A stretch of 64,000 nucleotides of DNA from Octopus vulgaris (taxonomy: Eukaryota), in assembly GCA_951406725.2 (NCBI GenBank), contig OX597817.1:149544001-149608000 (forward strand), in the 5' to 3' direction. Positions 13,783 to 27,714 of the stretch are shown here, piece by piece (the stretch's first letter is position 1; each line of letters begins with the position of its first letter). Position numbers and translations under genes: made by a program. A model generated the notes under the pieces. It did not search any database and was not told where the DNA came from. It saw only the letters and a list, made by a program, of their open reading frames with translations.

Positions 13783-16672
13783 TATTCCTGTTTGAGTTAA
13801 AACTTGGTGAGCGTCCGTACTTACGCTATGTCAACAGTTCAACGCTACGCCATTCAAAAAACACACACACTGAGCCAGCTAATTTTAGCTGCGGCGATCA
13901 TTGTTAGGTTGCTAATAGCTAAAACGTAAACTACCAGTGAACCGATGAAGATTTCTATTTCAGGCCGAATCTAATTAACTATGTTGTTCTGTTTTGTCCT
14001 GTCTAATAGTTATTTATGAAATGAAATGTTGAGCTAGTAACGTGATGGATGAGTTGGCAGTATTGGGCAGGACGTCCAACTAAAAGCTTTGCAACGTCTA
14101 GTTTCGCCATGTTATCAAAGTGGTTGCCGTTTTTCATTCCACTGCGATCGATAAATAGGTACCATTGATTGAATACACTCTGCCATTGTTTACAAGCAAA
14201 AATCAATCATTTAAGTATAAATAGAAAATATCAAGTAAACGAAGTTGTCATGAGTGGATTAATTAAATGTTATCCTAATTTAGATAAGTTAATTGTACTC
14301 CATTTAATGCATGGAGTGTTAACAAGCTAACTAGAAATCATTATTCGGTGACGTAAAAACGATATGAATTCGATCATTTTTAGCAAGTAAGGGAGACAAC
14401 TTCAATGAAGTTTCAGTATTATTACGATCTCTTTAGTTAAGTATTGCTCTCATCATATTTGGTATAGTAGGTAAAGTAAATGCAGAATATTGTATAGTGG
14501 CTGGCATATATTTTGAACTGCTATTATTCTTGCTTTGCAGAAAATTTAATTTTTCATCGCACGCAAACATTCCCAAGCGGATACTAGTTCAGTATTTTTT
14601 ACTCATAGATGTTATACACAAAACAGAGCTGACAGCGCTCTTGTTATTTGCATACCACCGCAATAGAAAAGGAAAAGATATGAAATTTCTTCTATTTAAC
14701 TACCACAACGTGTGGAGAGCAATTCTCTCAATGGAAATCTTTGAACGGAAATGGCTTGGAAAAGATTCCAGCTTGTTTAGGTGAGACTAAAACTAATATG
14801 AATTGTCTCCCAAAAAAAGAAGACATTACTAATCCGTTTATTTTCCCAGCAATTATTCAAAATTAGATGATACATTGTTTCATCGATTTTTTTACATCAC
14901 ATTTATGTAATAAAGATGACTGCCTTGTAAAGTAACAATGCAGTAATGTATGTGAGTTTGTCATGTCTGTGCATAGGAGAGAAAGCGAAAGAAATGGAGG
15001 GGAGAGAGAGGATTAGTGGGAGGAAGAAGAATGAGGTGAGTGAGTTATTACTTTAGACTTGATGATTTATATAGTATAGTGATATATTTAAATAGAAATT
15101 CTATTTGAAGACGCTTGTTGCAGATGCTGAATCAACCGATGATGAATGTGAGAAAGGCAAAGCAGAAAAAGAAAAACACAAGAAACGTTACAGAAGTCAA
15201 TATTATTCTGTTGAGCAGAAAAGAAATGCAATAACGAAATAAATGAACATCTTAGAGCTTATGTAACGCAATGGAATAGCAGACACAGCAGTGGAGAAAA
15301 TGCCTGATATATGTTTATAGTTCCATGCTGTTGAAATTGCATAAGACCAGATAATACCGGGCTAAGTACCAAATAACATTCCTCAGGTTATTTGGTAGAG
15401 CTTGTAACTCAAAAGTTAGGCAATTGATTTCAGTCTTAGACTACGATGCAGTTGTAGTTTGACCTTTTGTGCCTCGAGTCATTAATCCAATACCTTATCT
15501 CCTCAGCCGTTTCGTCTCTGCTTTGCAGTAATCACTAAAGTCGGTTCTGAGATACTATAGTGAGCCAAAAACTTTTAATTATCAGTGTTTTTACTTCGAT
15601 GATTAATTCTGGTCGAGAAAGGAAAGGAAGATAACCTTTAAATTTAAATCAAAATTAATTTAATATAGCATGCCGGCAATACAGTGAGCAATGATTCTGA
15701 TGCATGTCTATAAATCAGTGTTTGAAACACAACCTCTCCTCAAATCAATAAATTAACATTAAGAAATAAATGAGTATTTGTGGAATCGACTAATTTTTTG
15801 CTATGACTCGCCGCCCTTGTACCAATATCAAACATTAATATATAGAGTTCTATAGATAATTTCGAATTTTATTTCCTCAAACTTTTACTTTGGTTTCGAT
15901 CCCCAACCTTACACCCACATATCTAAAATACCTCTGTTGTCTTCAGGATAGTCAGGACTTACATACGGATTGAGACCCCCACCGACTTTATACCATCCTT
16001 AGTTACCTCGGCATTCGTCACCTGCTCCGTTCTGTGCATCAGAAGTCGCAACGATCCAGGAACCAACGTCATTGCCAACACCTTTCAACGCTACCTTCGT
16101 ATTGCGAAGTCCTATATATTATGCTGCTAGCTTATAAGTCACTGTATGATGCACCAGCTTAATCTACTTTCTCGCCGAGTTCACAGCTTAGACCTAGAGT
16201 CCTCTATGCACTATCCTCGATCTAAAGAGGAGATGTCGCTCCATGCATGTCAGAGCTATCACAAATTGTTCACTTGAAGTCAAAAGAAAACTTATTCCGT
16301 TCTTGCTGATACACAAACACGTGATATCTCTTCTCTCCCGTTCTTAAATAAAAGCCCCAAATTGCGACTCGCCTTCCCTAATCACATGACTCTGCTAAGT
16401 ACAGTTTTTTCACACCCAGGTAATTCATAGTCATCGTCTCTCTCTCTGACAGTTGTGGCGCTAACGAAAGGAAAACTGATATATCCATCTTTGACTCTCA
16501 ACTGAGATTTCCTTTTCTTCATTTGTTTAAATGTGTGTGTACGCGTATTGCCGTTGCTAACAGCATCGTTCGAATTTTTCGAATTAATATTATTTGTAAT
16601 CATTTTTTTTCATGTGAAGTGTGTACGTCCTGTTGTGCGCAATTTAATTTGTTTCTCCTTGTTTTGGTTTCC

Positions 16673-16768
16673 CTGCTGCTGCTACTGCTGCTGCTGCTAC
16701 TGCTGCTGCTGCTACTGCTGCTGCTGCTACTGCTGCTGCTGCTACTGCTGCTGCTGCTGCTGCTGCTG
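16673..16768. repeat. (CTG)n with periodic CTA interruptions (15-bp higher-order unit)
   Basis: Direct reading. Confidence 0.9.
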
Positions 16769-16994
16769 TTGCAAGCAGCCATCTAAAGTTGAAAGTGTAA
16801 AAAAATATTTTGTTCAAAAATGTCCAAAACTGACAAACCATATTATGTTTCTTTGTATGGAAAAACGCCTGAAGTATTCGATACTGATTCTCTGAAAGAG
16901 GTCGTCAACAAATGCTTTTTCTTCGGGTGTTTGGCAGTTAATCCAGAATCCATGAAGCAAGCAGAAGCACATCCAGATAAATAAAAACACAGCA

Positions 16995-17215
16995 AAGGCG
17001 GCGTGCTAGCAGAATCGTTAGCGCACCGGGCGAAATGCTTAGTGGTATTTCGTATGTCGTTACGATCTGAGTTCAAATTCCGCCGAGGTCGACTTTGCCT
17101 TTCATCCTTTCGGGGTCGATAAATAAAGTACCAGTTATGCACTGGGGTCGATGTAATCGACTTACTCCCTTTGTCCTTGTTTGTACCCCTTGTGGGCAAT
17201 AAAGAAAAAAAAAGA
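16995..17215 (+). mobile_element. SINE family A, full length
   Basis: AAGGCGGCG.GCT.GCAGAATCGTTAGC head, B box GAGTTCAAATTCC, core CCGAGGTCGACTTTGCCTTTCATCCTTTCGGGGTCGAT (resembles the Meta/MESC SINE domain); near-TSD AAAACACA.CAA. Confidence 0.9.
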
Positions 17216-17809
17216 AAAACACAACAATGATAATACAAGTGGTAGCAGCAGCAGCAGCAGCATTATTATTATTTGTAGTAGTAGTAGTAGTAGTAGTAGT
17301 CCTTTCTACAATAGGCACAAAGCCTGAAATTTTCGAGAGAGGATGGGACTAGCCAATTACATTGATTCCAGTACCTAACTGGTACTTATTCTATCAACCC
17401 CAAAGGATGAAAGGCAAGGTCGACCTAAGCAGAATTTGAACTCAGAACGTAAAAATTCGCCATCTGTTTCTGATGTTGGTGAGGGGTTAACTCTTCAGTG
17501 GAGGTGGATTAGCTGACACCATCGCCTTCCTTATGGAAGGCGATGGTGTCCAACCCGGTGGGGTTAAAGACAAAGTCTTCCTTAACGGGTACAAGGGTAC
17601 AATTTGGGTACAATTTAGGTACAAGGCCTGGAATTTTTGAGGTGATGGGGTATTTGATTTCAAGGACGCAGTATTTGACTCTTTCTTTATATTATCCACC
17701 CCAGAAAGATAAAAGGTAAAGTGGGTATCGGTAAGTATTGAACTCTGATTGTAAAACGGCACAACTAAATAGGGTAAAGCCCACAGTTCTATTAATTCTG
17801 AAACTAACC

Positions 17810-18188
17810 TGTCTCTATTTCTCTCTATCTCTCTCACTGTCTCTCTGTTTCTTTCTCTTTCTCTCTCTCACTGTCTCTCAGTTTCTCTCTCTCTCACTGT
17901 CTCTCTGTTTCTCTCTCTCACTGCCTCTCTTTCTCTCTCTTTCTCTCTCTCACTGTCTCTGTTTCTCTCTCTCTCTCTCACTATCTCTCTGTTTTTCCCT
18001 CTTTCTCACTCTCTCTCACTCTCTCTCACTGTCTCTCTGTTTCTCTCCCTCTCTCACTGTCTCTCTATTTCTCTTTCTCTCTCACACTGTCTCTCTGTTT
18101 CTCTCTCTTTCTCTCTCTCACTATCTCTGTTTCTTTCCCTCTCTCTCTCTCTCACTGTCTCTCTCTCTGTTTTTCTCTCTCTCCCTCT
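17810..18188. repeat. CT-rich compound microsatellite
   Basis: Direct reading. Confidence 0.9.
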
Positions 18189-18840
18189 AAAAAATAATAA
18201 TGATACTTTTGATAAATCATTAGTTTCATTCCGTTACATGTCTGTCCACTCTGTCATCTTGTTTTCCTACGAAGTTACGACTGTTATAGAAAGGAACTTG
18301 GCTTCGATTCTTGTTTCGAATCTTCCTTATCTTCATCTGAGTCGCTAAAGTGTTTGCAAAACCAAGAACATCACAACAACTATTTTCAGGTTTCGTACCT
18401 CTGTAACAAATTCTTCATCTTTCAAAGAGTTGAAGATGACCGAAACGTTATAGAGTCAGACTAATTTCCAAAGAACATCATGGCTCTAAATCTGGTACTT
18501 CGTTACACCGAGATGGAATCTTGTATTAATGGAGGAAGGGAATATATTATCGTTGTCGCTGACGTCACTGATGATGTCATCATAATTGTCATTTAGTCCC
18601 AGTTCAGCCCTGAACAGATCTATTATCAAAGATGGTCTCACAGTGACCATACCATCTTATTTTCAGACATTGTAAAATCTAGGGTTGCATCGTCTAATGC
18701 GTCCATTACTTTTTAACACGCTAACGTGTGACATGAGGGAGATATAACTGCTGTTTCATTGGCTCGAAGTTACTATAGTATAGTGTGAAGGTATGTAGAG
18801 ATGTGCTGTGTATATATTCGTAGAGAGAGAGAGACAAATA

Positions 18841-19323
<483 letters not shown>

Positions 19324-19512
19324 ATAGGTATGTATATGTCTTTGATTAACACTGGTAAGCGCAGGCATGTCAATGCGGTTGAGAAACTCGTTTCGCAAAC
19401 ACGTTGATTCGAGTTCGAACCCATCGAACAGCATCTTTGACAAATGCTTTCGATGGCCCTAAGATGATCAATGCCTTGTGAGTTAATTTGGTAGACAGAA
19501 ACTGTATGGAAG

Positions 19513-19681
19513 CCTGAGTTCTGAGTTCGAATTCCGCCGAGGTCGACTTTGCCTTTCAGCCTTTCGGTGTCGATAAATTAAGTACCAGTTATGCACTGGG
19601 GTCGATGTAATCGACTTAATCCGTTTGTCTGTCACTGTTTGTCCCCTCTATGTTTAGCCCCTTGTGGGTAATAAAGAAATA
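19513..19681 (+). mobile_element. 5'-truncated SINE A nested in an older SINE B (about 19357-19920)
   Basis: 16-bp TSD AGAAACTGTATGGAAG at 19497-19512 and 19682-19697. Confidence 0.85.
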
Positions 19682-20887
19682 AGAAACTGTATGGAAGTCG
19701 TATATGTATAAATATTTGTCTATGAGTGTGCCCCTTGGTGCTTGTGCGTGTCCCCACCTCGTAGCTCGACAACCATTGTTTGTATGTTTACGTCCCCGTA
19801 AAATTAGCGTTTCAACAAAAGCGACCGATAAACTAGTAAGTGCTGATGTTGATCTGTTTGACTTAACACCACAAGGAGATGCTCCAGCATGACCAAAGTC
19901 TAATAACTAAAAGAAGCAAAGGGTGACACGTTAATCTACACATAAAGAAGTATGTCCCTTATTTCTTTATTGCCCACAAGGGGCTAAACATAGAGGGGAC
20001 AAACAAGGACAGACAAAGAGATTAAGTTGATTACATCGATCCCAGTGCGTAACTGGTACTTGATTTATCGACCCCGAAAGGATAAAGAAATATGTTTAAA
20101 AACAAATGTCATTGAAGGATGTTTAAGGTGGAAAATCACAGAAAATGCTGAGGAATACGAGGTACGAAATTATAAAAACCAGGTAAGAATTTATTTGAAT
20201 CATCCATTGGAATATCTTTGGTACATCCTCTCAGTAAATGGTAAGTATCGTTAAATGTTGTAACTTTTTGTTTTAACTTTTTACAAATGTATCAAACGCG
20301 TCTGAATAAAAGATAACATTATCTAAACAAAACAACTTTTCTTGTATTTATTTATTTATTTATTTATTTATATGTGCCTCTGTGTGTATGCTTGCTTATA
20401 TACAGTTGAACCTTGGTTTTCGAACAACTCTGATCACGTATAAATCGTGCTTTATATGCTATCTTTTTCATATCATTTAATACATATTCATTTAATACGG
20501 TTTACGAACATCTCTGTTCACAAATAAATCATGCTTTACATATATCTATATCAATATATTACGGAGATGTACTTGCATAGCAAGTCACCAGATCTGAGAT
20601 CGTGTGGTGAAACAAAAACAATTGCAGTGCTGCAATTGTTTATATCAATATATATATATTGAAACATTCCTGTCACAACCTGGGACCTTGAAGACTGCTT
20701 AAATGCAAGAAAGTATACTAGTCCCTTAATATTTGATATTCAATATTTCATCTATTCAATAAGACAATCAATACTTCATTTCATTTTACTATATATATAT
20801 TATTTATACTATATATTCTATATTCTACATTAATATTATAAAGAATGTAAATAAAACATAAAAAACAGAGTTGGAATTTCTTTGAAT

Positions 20888-21009
<122 letters not shown>

Positions 21010-21073
21010 TAAGGCACGCTTTTTTCGTGATCAAAGTTGTTCGGACACCGAGATACTACTGCATATAGATAGA

Positions 21074-21412
21074 AAAACAATTGCAGCGTGGAAGATGTTT
21101 ATAAGCCATTTAAGAACATACAAAAGAACCGTTAGTTTCACTTCAACATTTAAATTTAATCTGTGTCAAAATATTTTCGTCGCTTTGAAACCGCGACCTG
21201 TTCACTGAAAAAAACTTCATGATGCAGCACGACGTTTTGAAGTTTTATCAGTGAACAGGTCGCGGTTTCAAAGCGACAAAAATATCTTGACACAAGTTAA
21301 ATTTAAATGTTGAAATGAAACTAACGCTGTTCTTAAATAGCTTACAAACATCTTCCACGCTGCAATTTTTTTTTCTTTGTTTCAGCACACTCGCTATGCG
21401 AGTACATCTCCC
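21074..21412. mobile_element. Long palindromic element with a G3-C8 hammerhead-like fold in each arm
   Basis: Arms of about 140 bp centred near 21228; second copy at 57820-58172; partial end at 20562-20640. Confidence 0.8.
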
Positions 21413-21471
<59 letters not shown>

Positions 21472-21560
21472 CGGGAAGGTTTACGAAAATAAACAAAAGA
21501 CGAAGGCAGGTGGAGTACAAACAAACAATGTATTAGTATGGCGCTCAGGAATAAAACAAG

Positions 21561-21598
21561 TCTTTTACGTTTCGAGCCTTCGCTCTTCGTCAGAAAGA
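21561..21598 (-). ncRNA. Minimal type I hammerhead ribozyme
   Basis: Reverse complement of the motif at 21799-21836. Confidence 0.8.
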
Positions 21599-21798
21599 TA
21601 CACAGAAAAGAAACAAGGAGAGAAAAAAATTGCGTGTAGGGGCTAACGATCCAACATGTCAGAAAGATACACAGAAAAGAAACAAGGAGAGAAAAAAATT
21701 GCGTGTAGGGGCTAACGATCCAACATATATATATATATATATGTTGGATCGTTAGCCCCTACACGCAATTTTTTCTCTCCTTGTTTCTTTTCTGTGTA

Positions 21799-21836
21799 TC
21801 TTTCTGACGAAGAGCGAAGGCTCGAAACGTAAAAGA
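21799..21836 (+). ncRNA. Minimal type I hammerhead ribozyme
   Basis: TCTTT-CTGACGA-A-GAGC-gaag-GCTC-GAA-ACGT-A-AAAGA: stem I, core, stem II, palindromic stem III, GUA cleavage triplet. Confidence 0.8.
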
Positions 21837-21925
21837 CTTGTTTTATTCCTGAGCGCCATACTAATATATTGTTTGTTTGTACTCCACCTGCCTTCGTCTT
21901 TTGTTTATTTTCGTAAACCTTCCCG

Positions 21926-22003
<78 letters not shown>

Positions 22004-22006
<3 letters not shown>

Positions 22007-22228
22007 AGGGGTTACTGAAAAGTTCCTCTAAAGGTATCTCGAAAGGCCCAGGTGGAGGCCTAACCTTTCGACTTCTTTTATAAGGCTTAGAAAACTGAAG
22101 GACTGCTGCAATTAGTGTGTGAATCTGAGAGGGGAATATGGTGAATAAAATCATAACTAACTGATCCTCCTGCATTTTCCTGTATTTTCTTTTACCTAAA
22201 GCCAGGAACTTCTCTGCATCTTCTCTTG
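22004..22228 (+). mobile_element. Mariner-derived non-autonomous element
   Basis: TIR-like CGAGGGGTTACTGAAAAGTTCCT ... AGGAACTTCTCTGCA; internal CVNLRGEY remnant of the mariner transposase C-terminus; TA-rich flanks. Confidence 0.7.
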
Positions 22229-22665
22229 TGTGTATATATATATATATATATATACACATATATGGTGCTCCAGCATGGCCGCAGCCTTCGGGCTGAAACA
22301 TTTTTAAGGATTTAAGGATTATATGTTTGTGAGTCTGTGTTTGTTCCCCCCCCCTAAATCGCTTGACAACCTATGCTCTAGCGGTTCGGCAAGAGAGCCC
22401 GATAGAATAAGTAGTAGGCTTACAAAGAATAAGTCCTGGGGTCGATTTGCTCGACTAAAAGCGGTGATCCCGCATGGCCGCAGTCAAATGACTGAAACAA
22501 ATAAAACAATAAATGTTTTCTTTTCCATGGACTTTTGATTGCACAGTCACATGACTTTTGTTCCTTGTCTCATAGAACACTATCAGGTCGGTTATGTTTG
22601 CACTAAATTGATGATTTTATTGGGGTGTTCCGCCAGTATTCATTGTTTTTAAAGGTGTGAATACC

Positions 22666-22880
22666 TATTTTTTTATTGCCCACAGGGGGCTAAACATAGA
22701 GTGGACAAACAAGGGATTAAGTCGATTACATCGACCCCAGTGCGTAACTGGTACTTATTCAATTGACCCCGAAAGGATGAAAATCGACCTCGGCGCAATT
22801 TGAACTCAGAACGTAAGGCAGACGAAATATCGCTAAGCATTTCACCCGGCGTGGTAACGATTCTGCCAGCTCGCCGCCTT
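22666..22880 (-). mobile_element. SINE family A
   Basis: TSD TAAAGGTGTGAATACC on both sides. Confidence 0.9.
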
Positions 22881-23110
22881 TAAAGGTGTGAATACCGGCT
22901 GGTTCTAACACACATTTGATGTATTTACACGTCAGGGCAGCCCTTTCTACGGATATTATTGTAAAGTCTTTGCAACTATATCATTCCTCAAGGGCAGGTA
23001 GTATCTCGTAGACATTTTGGCCAGCTGCTGATATGACGGACATCTTCCACCCTGGTATAGCAGAGCCAACATTTTTTATGAATGTATGTATGTATGTATG
23101 TATGTATGTG

Positions 23111-23432
23111 AAGGCACGTGGCTTAGTGGTTAGGGTATTAGGCTAGCGATCGTCGGGTCGCAAGTTCGATTTCCGGCGGCGCATTGTGTCCTCGAGCAAG
23201 ACACTTTATTTCACGTTGCTCCAACCTACTCAGCCAGCAAAAATGAGTAGTACATGTATTTCAAGGGGCCAGCATTATCACACCTTGTGTCACGCTGAAT
23301 CTCCCTGCGAAGTATGTGAAGGGGTACGCATGTCTGTGGGTTGCTCAGCCACTTGCACGTTAATCTCACGAGCAAGCTGTTCCGTTGATCGGATCAACTG
23401 GAACCCTCGTCGTCATAAGCAACGGAGAGCCC
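23111..23432 (+). mobile_element. SINE family C, full length
   Basis: A box TGGCTTAGTGG, B box AGTTCGATTTCC; matches 51147-51467. Confidence 0.9.
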
Positions 23433-24106
23433 GTTTTTTTTCTGGGTGTGTGTGTGTGCGTGCGCGTGTATTTGTGTGTACGAGAGTGAGATAGAGAGAT
23501 AGGGAGAGATACATGTCAGTCAGAAGCGTTCCTTGTCTTGTGAGCCTAAATTCTCATTAACATTGTTTTGCTTCCATTTGTCATGGACAAATAATTATAA
23601 CTTATAGTTATGATTAATTTTTGGGTTTTTTTTTTTTGCTTTCATAAATCATCGACTGATAATAATGAAAAATGATTATTAATTCACAGCGTACAACACT
23701 AAAAAAAACTGACACCCTGTAGTTCTGAGAGATTCAGTGTGATACAGAATGTAACAAAACTAATGCTTTGAATTACAAACTCATTTTTGCCAACTAAATG
23801 AACTGTATAACTTTTTATTAGATATACAAATGAAAGATCCATTTTTCTGTTGAAGATTAAACGAATCTAAAAACAATCGGTCTTCTTATTGTACTTGTTA
23901 CATGTGAGTCACTAATGTAAGTTGGAAGGAATGTCTCTTAAAAAATTTGTGCATTTCAAAGAAAGCGGTCATCCATGAATGAGTATAGTTTGGTAATATG
24001 TTCAATGCGTTCGCTAATTATTTTTGGTGCTTATGTAGTTGCGAGCAGATATAGACACACTCGTTACTCTCCTACCATTTGACCGAGCGGTATATTGAGC
24101 ATGTGA

Positions 24107-24340
24107 AAGGCGGCTAGCTGGCAGAATCGTTAGCACGCCGGACGAAATGCTTAGTGGTATTTCGTCTGCCGCTACGTTCTGAGTTCAAATTCCGCCAAGG
24201 TCGACTTTGCCTTTCATTCTTTCGGGGTCGATTAAATAAGTACCAGTTACACACTGGGGTCGATATAATCGACTTAATCCGTTTGTCTGTCCTTGTTTGT
24301 CCTCTCTGTGTTTAGCCCCTTGTTGGTAGTAAAGAAATAT
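24107..24340 (+). mobile_element. SINE family A, full length
   Basis: 17-bp TSD GTATATTGAGCATGTGA at 24090-24106 and 24341-24357. Confidence 0.92.
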
Positions 24341-25692
24341 GTATATTGAGCATGTGACAGATGGATGGAGTGAGAGATAGTTTCGTTCTCTATAGATAAA
24401 TTAACCGATTAATCCACGTGATCAGCACATGAACTTTTATGCAAATTAGACTAACAGGTCTAGGTGACATCTTGTTTGTGGGCACAACGTAAATAACTAT
24501 AAAATTAATGTTTCTGGGAACACATGATGGATATTCTTTCTCTGGTGAACGTCTGTCAAGGTTAGAAGCTAATCAGGTCGATTCCATTTTGGTTTTTATA
24601 TGATACGCCACGGAAAGACAAAGCGTTTGGTGTAATTATTTGGCTTTCTCTTTCACAGCGTGACTCAAGCGTTAGGTTTGTTTAAAACAGCAAACTTTAC
24701 AATCGAAATTTTTTTTTAAATGTTAATCAGTAAAATATGGAGGTCATTTCGGTTGGCTATATTTTACATCACGAAATCTGATTTCCTGTGTTGTAAAAAT
24801 ATTATAGCATGGTTCTGTGGTTAAGAAATTCGCTTCGTGAGCTTGTAGTTTCAGGTTCAATCCCAATGCGCAGTACCTTGTGCAGGTGTCTTCTACTATA
24901 GCTCCTAGCCGACCAAAAAACTTGTAAGTGAATTTGTTATAGTGTGTGGATGTTCGTCGTGTGTATGTATGTGTATTTGTGTGATAGGATCTTTCATTCG
25001 TTAGTCTTAAGTGAGACGCAGTGTCCGTTATGATTTTAGAATTCCCTTGGGTAGAAAAATATTCATAGAAAAACGAAATAATGAACAAGAGTAGAAATCA
25101 TATAATTTCGTGGTGAAGAAGAAACTGAAGGTATTCAACTTTCCAGACAAGAAAGAAAAGGAAAAAGATGATAACATGAAAGGTAATGTTGTTTACGATA
25201 AAGACAGGATGGCGAATGCACCAAAACAAATTGGAATTGCGTAGAGTGTAAATGTTTAAAAAAGTTGCGATCAAAAAGACGGAATTCAGACATACAAACG
25301 AGATGAGCAATGGTGAATGAAGTTAGTTTAAAGTAAGCGTAAAAACATGTTATGTATGTGCGTATAGGGACGTGAGTTAGTGTGTGCATGTAGAGAGGTA
25401 TCTGAGTATGTTGCGCGAGTGTGTGTAGGGATGTGTTCTGGAGAGTAAAAATGGGTGTAGCGAGGCAGTGTGCATTGTATGAATAAATGTGCATGGGGTA
25501 GCTGAGAAGTGAGTATCAGTGCGTAAATAAGGGCGGAATAAAATATGCTGGAGTATGTTTGTCAGTGAGTGCGAATATTAAAGAAGGTAGCAGTGTTGGT
25601 AGCGTAAGCAACTGGATAAGCTGTGTTTAGTCAGAAAGTCTGTTGTTATTCCAGATGCAAATAAGAAGCAAGGGGTCCGTGGTTTAGAAGAA

Positions 25693-25926
25693 AAGGCAGC
25701 AAGCTGGCAGAAACGTTAACACGCCAGGCGAAATGCTTTGCACTATTTCGTCTGCTGTTACGTTCTCAGTTCAAATTCCGCCGAGGTCGACTTTGCCTTT
25801 TATCCTTTCGGGGTCGATAAATTATGTACCAGCTACGCACTGGGGTCGATGTAATCGACTTAATCCGTTTGTCTGTCCTTGTTTGTCCTCTCTGTGTTTA
25901 GCCCCTTGTGGATAGTAAAGAAATAA
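25693..25926 (+). mobile_element. SINE family A inserted in an older degraded repeat (possibly a minus-strand LINE 3' end, about 25280-26140)
   Basis: 11-bp TSD GTTTAGAAGAA at 25682-25692 and 25927-25937. Confidence 0.88.
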
Positions 25927-26399
25927 GTTTAGAAGAATACCGCAATACAGCGAGAAGCAAAGTAAACGAGTGAGCTTCAAACTTGGAGTTTCGAAAGGAG
26001 AAGCGGAAGAATTGAGTAGGGGATGGATAGGATGAAGTGAGGTTCCGGTCAAGATGGAAGCCAATAGGTTTTTATAAGATGAAGTTAAGGAGTTTGAGGA
26101 ATGGAAACAACAAAGATAATAAAATTGTAGGGAATGGGAAATAGGATATTATTACATATCTGCCTTTTCTAAAGATATTTGTGTTATAAAGTTAATGAGA
26201 AATTATTAAACAATGAATTCTGATTAACAAACAAAATGTCCGTGTAAAATAGACGACAAATAACGACATAGTGAGATTGATATTTTCATTTTAACTTTTG
26301 TAGTTGCGTTGATAGGGCTTTTGTGAAGAAGGGTGTCTATGGTCAGAAAGTGAATTGAAGTTCTGAGAGAAAAACTTGAGAAATGTGCTACCAGTGGAA

Positions 26400-26560
26400 C
26401 CTTTCTCCCACCAAGAGTATTTATACAAAATCACTTCTGTACACATTCAAGGTGCAAACACTGTCTGGATATATAAAAGTTTTGGTTGTTCTCAAGAGGA
26501 AACACAAGTCTTAGAATGGTCTACGCAGCGCAATTTAAACCGGCACAATTCTTGAACTAA
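26400..26560 (+). pseudogene. Possible very degraded Tc1 DDE transposase remnant
   Basis: VFIQNHFCTH and TQVLEWSTQRNLN resemble the FQQDNAPxH and VLEWPxQSPDLN motifs. Confidence 0.3.
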
Positions 26561-27714
26561 TCTTTCTAAACTGAGAATAAAACTTTGTCCAAATTCCAGT
26601 GAATTATTCTTTTACATTGTAATACTTTCATGTCGTATGAATAATATATATTTCATGATGTTTAAACGACTCCTGTCCCTCTTTCATTTACATCAGCTTA
26701 GAGTGTAATTGTTGCTGACACGAAGCTTTAGGTGACGAGAAAAACATACTTCTGGATGTTAAAAGAACTTTGAGAAGTTACAAGATAATTATTTTTCCGT
26801 GTCAGAGATTATATAATAGCTTCTTGCGAACGTCTACATAAGAACTTCAAAAATGAAAAAAATAGAAATGTATTAAAGAATGAAATCAAAATATACATAA
26901 CTAAAAGCATATGCAAAACTATCTACTAAAATATTATATTAAACTTGTTTCAATGTAAAAAATAGAATATTGTTATTATTCACTCTTTCAAAAACTATTC
27001 TTATGGTTTTATAGATATTGATTGAAAATATTCTTTCAGAATCACACAATAAATATCTGACAGTTATAGCAAGCCATTGTAGTATTTGTATCGTATAGTC
27101 AAATTGTTAGAATAGATTTGTAAGTTTAATTATTGTGTAGCGTGAAGAATTTAACGTTTCAGGGCCTTTCCTTTCGTCATAGATTGGGGAAGAAATAAGA
27201 AAAAAGAATCTAGTGTCATCGGTGTCATCGTTTTGACGTCAAGCTAGTAAATGTATTTAATATTGTAGTAACAAGATATGTGAGTATCAATATCTTATAT
27301 ATTATAACTTTATAAATATCATGAATGTTACACGATCATCTGGTTAAAGAGATAATAAGGATAAGAAAAGATATATCCAGAACAAAACGGTATCAAAATA
27401 AATATATGTATATATTATGTTCACTCGATATAATTAACATTTGAAATCAATTAATTTACCTTGTCATCCGAATAAGAAAACCGACAAATGTGATAGAAAT
27501 CAAATTAAAAAAGATTATATTTTTTTATGAATGCAATCGTCTAAAGTGAAACAATTTGACCTCATTTTCATAATTAAATCTTTATGATTATATGATTATA
27601 ATGATCTTTATATGATCCCCATCTATGAATTTCAACATATACTTGCGTCGGTGAAAAATTACGGACACCACATACCACGTTCCATCATCAATGTCCTGTG
27701 TTCGTAGTAGTCGC

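Larger units (their letters stand above)
21469..21928. mobile_element. Palindromic Penelope-pLTR-like element (inverted pair around (TA)n)
   Basis: Near-perfect inverted arms of about 190 bp; 69-bp tandem duplication in the left arm (21589-21726); (TA)n at the centre and on both flanks. Confidence 0.85.

Noticed and set aside
20124-20182. Possible coding exon ending CAG|GTAAGA
   Set aside because: The acceptor is weak and the peptide is unrecognisable; it needs RNA evidence
23111-23185. tRNA genes at SINE heads (also 18841, 24107, 51147)
   Set aside because: A and B boxes are present, but there is no complete cloverleaf and each runs into a SINE body, often with a TSD
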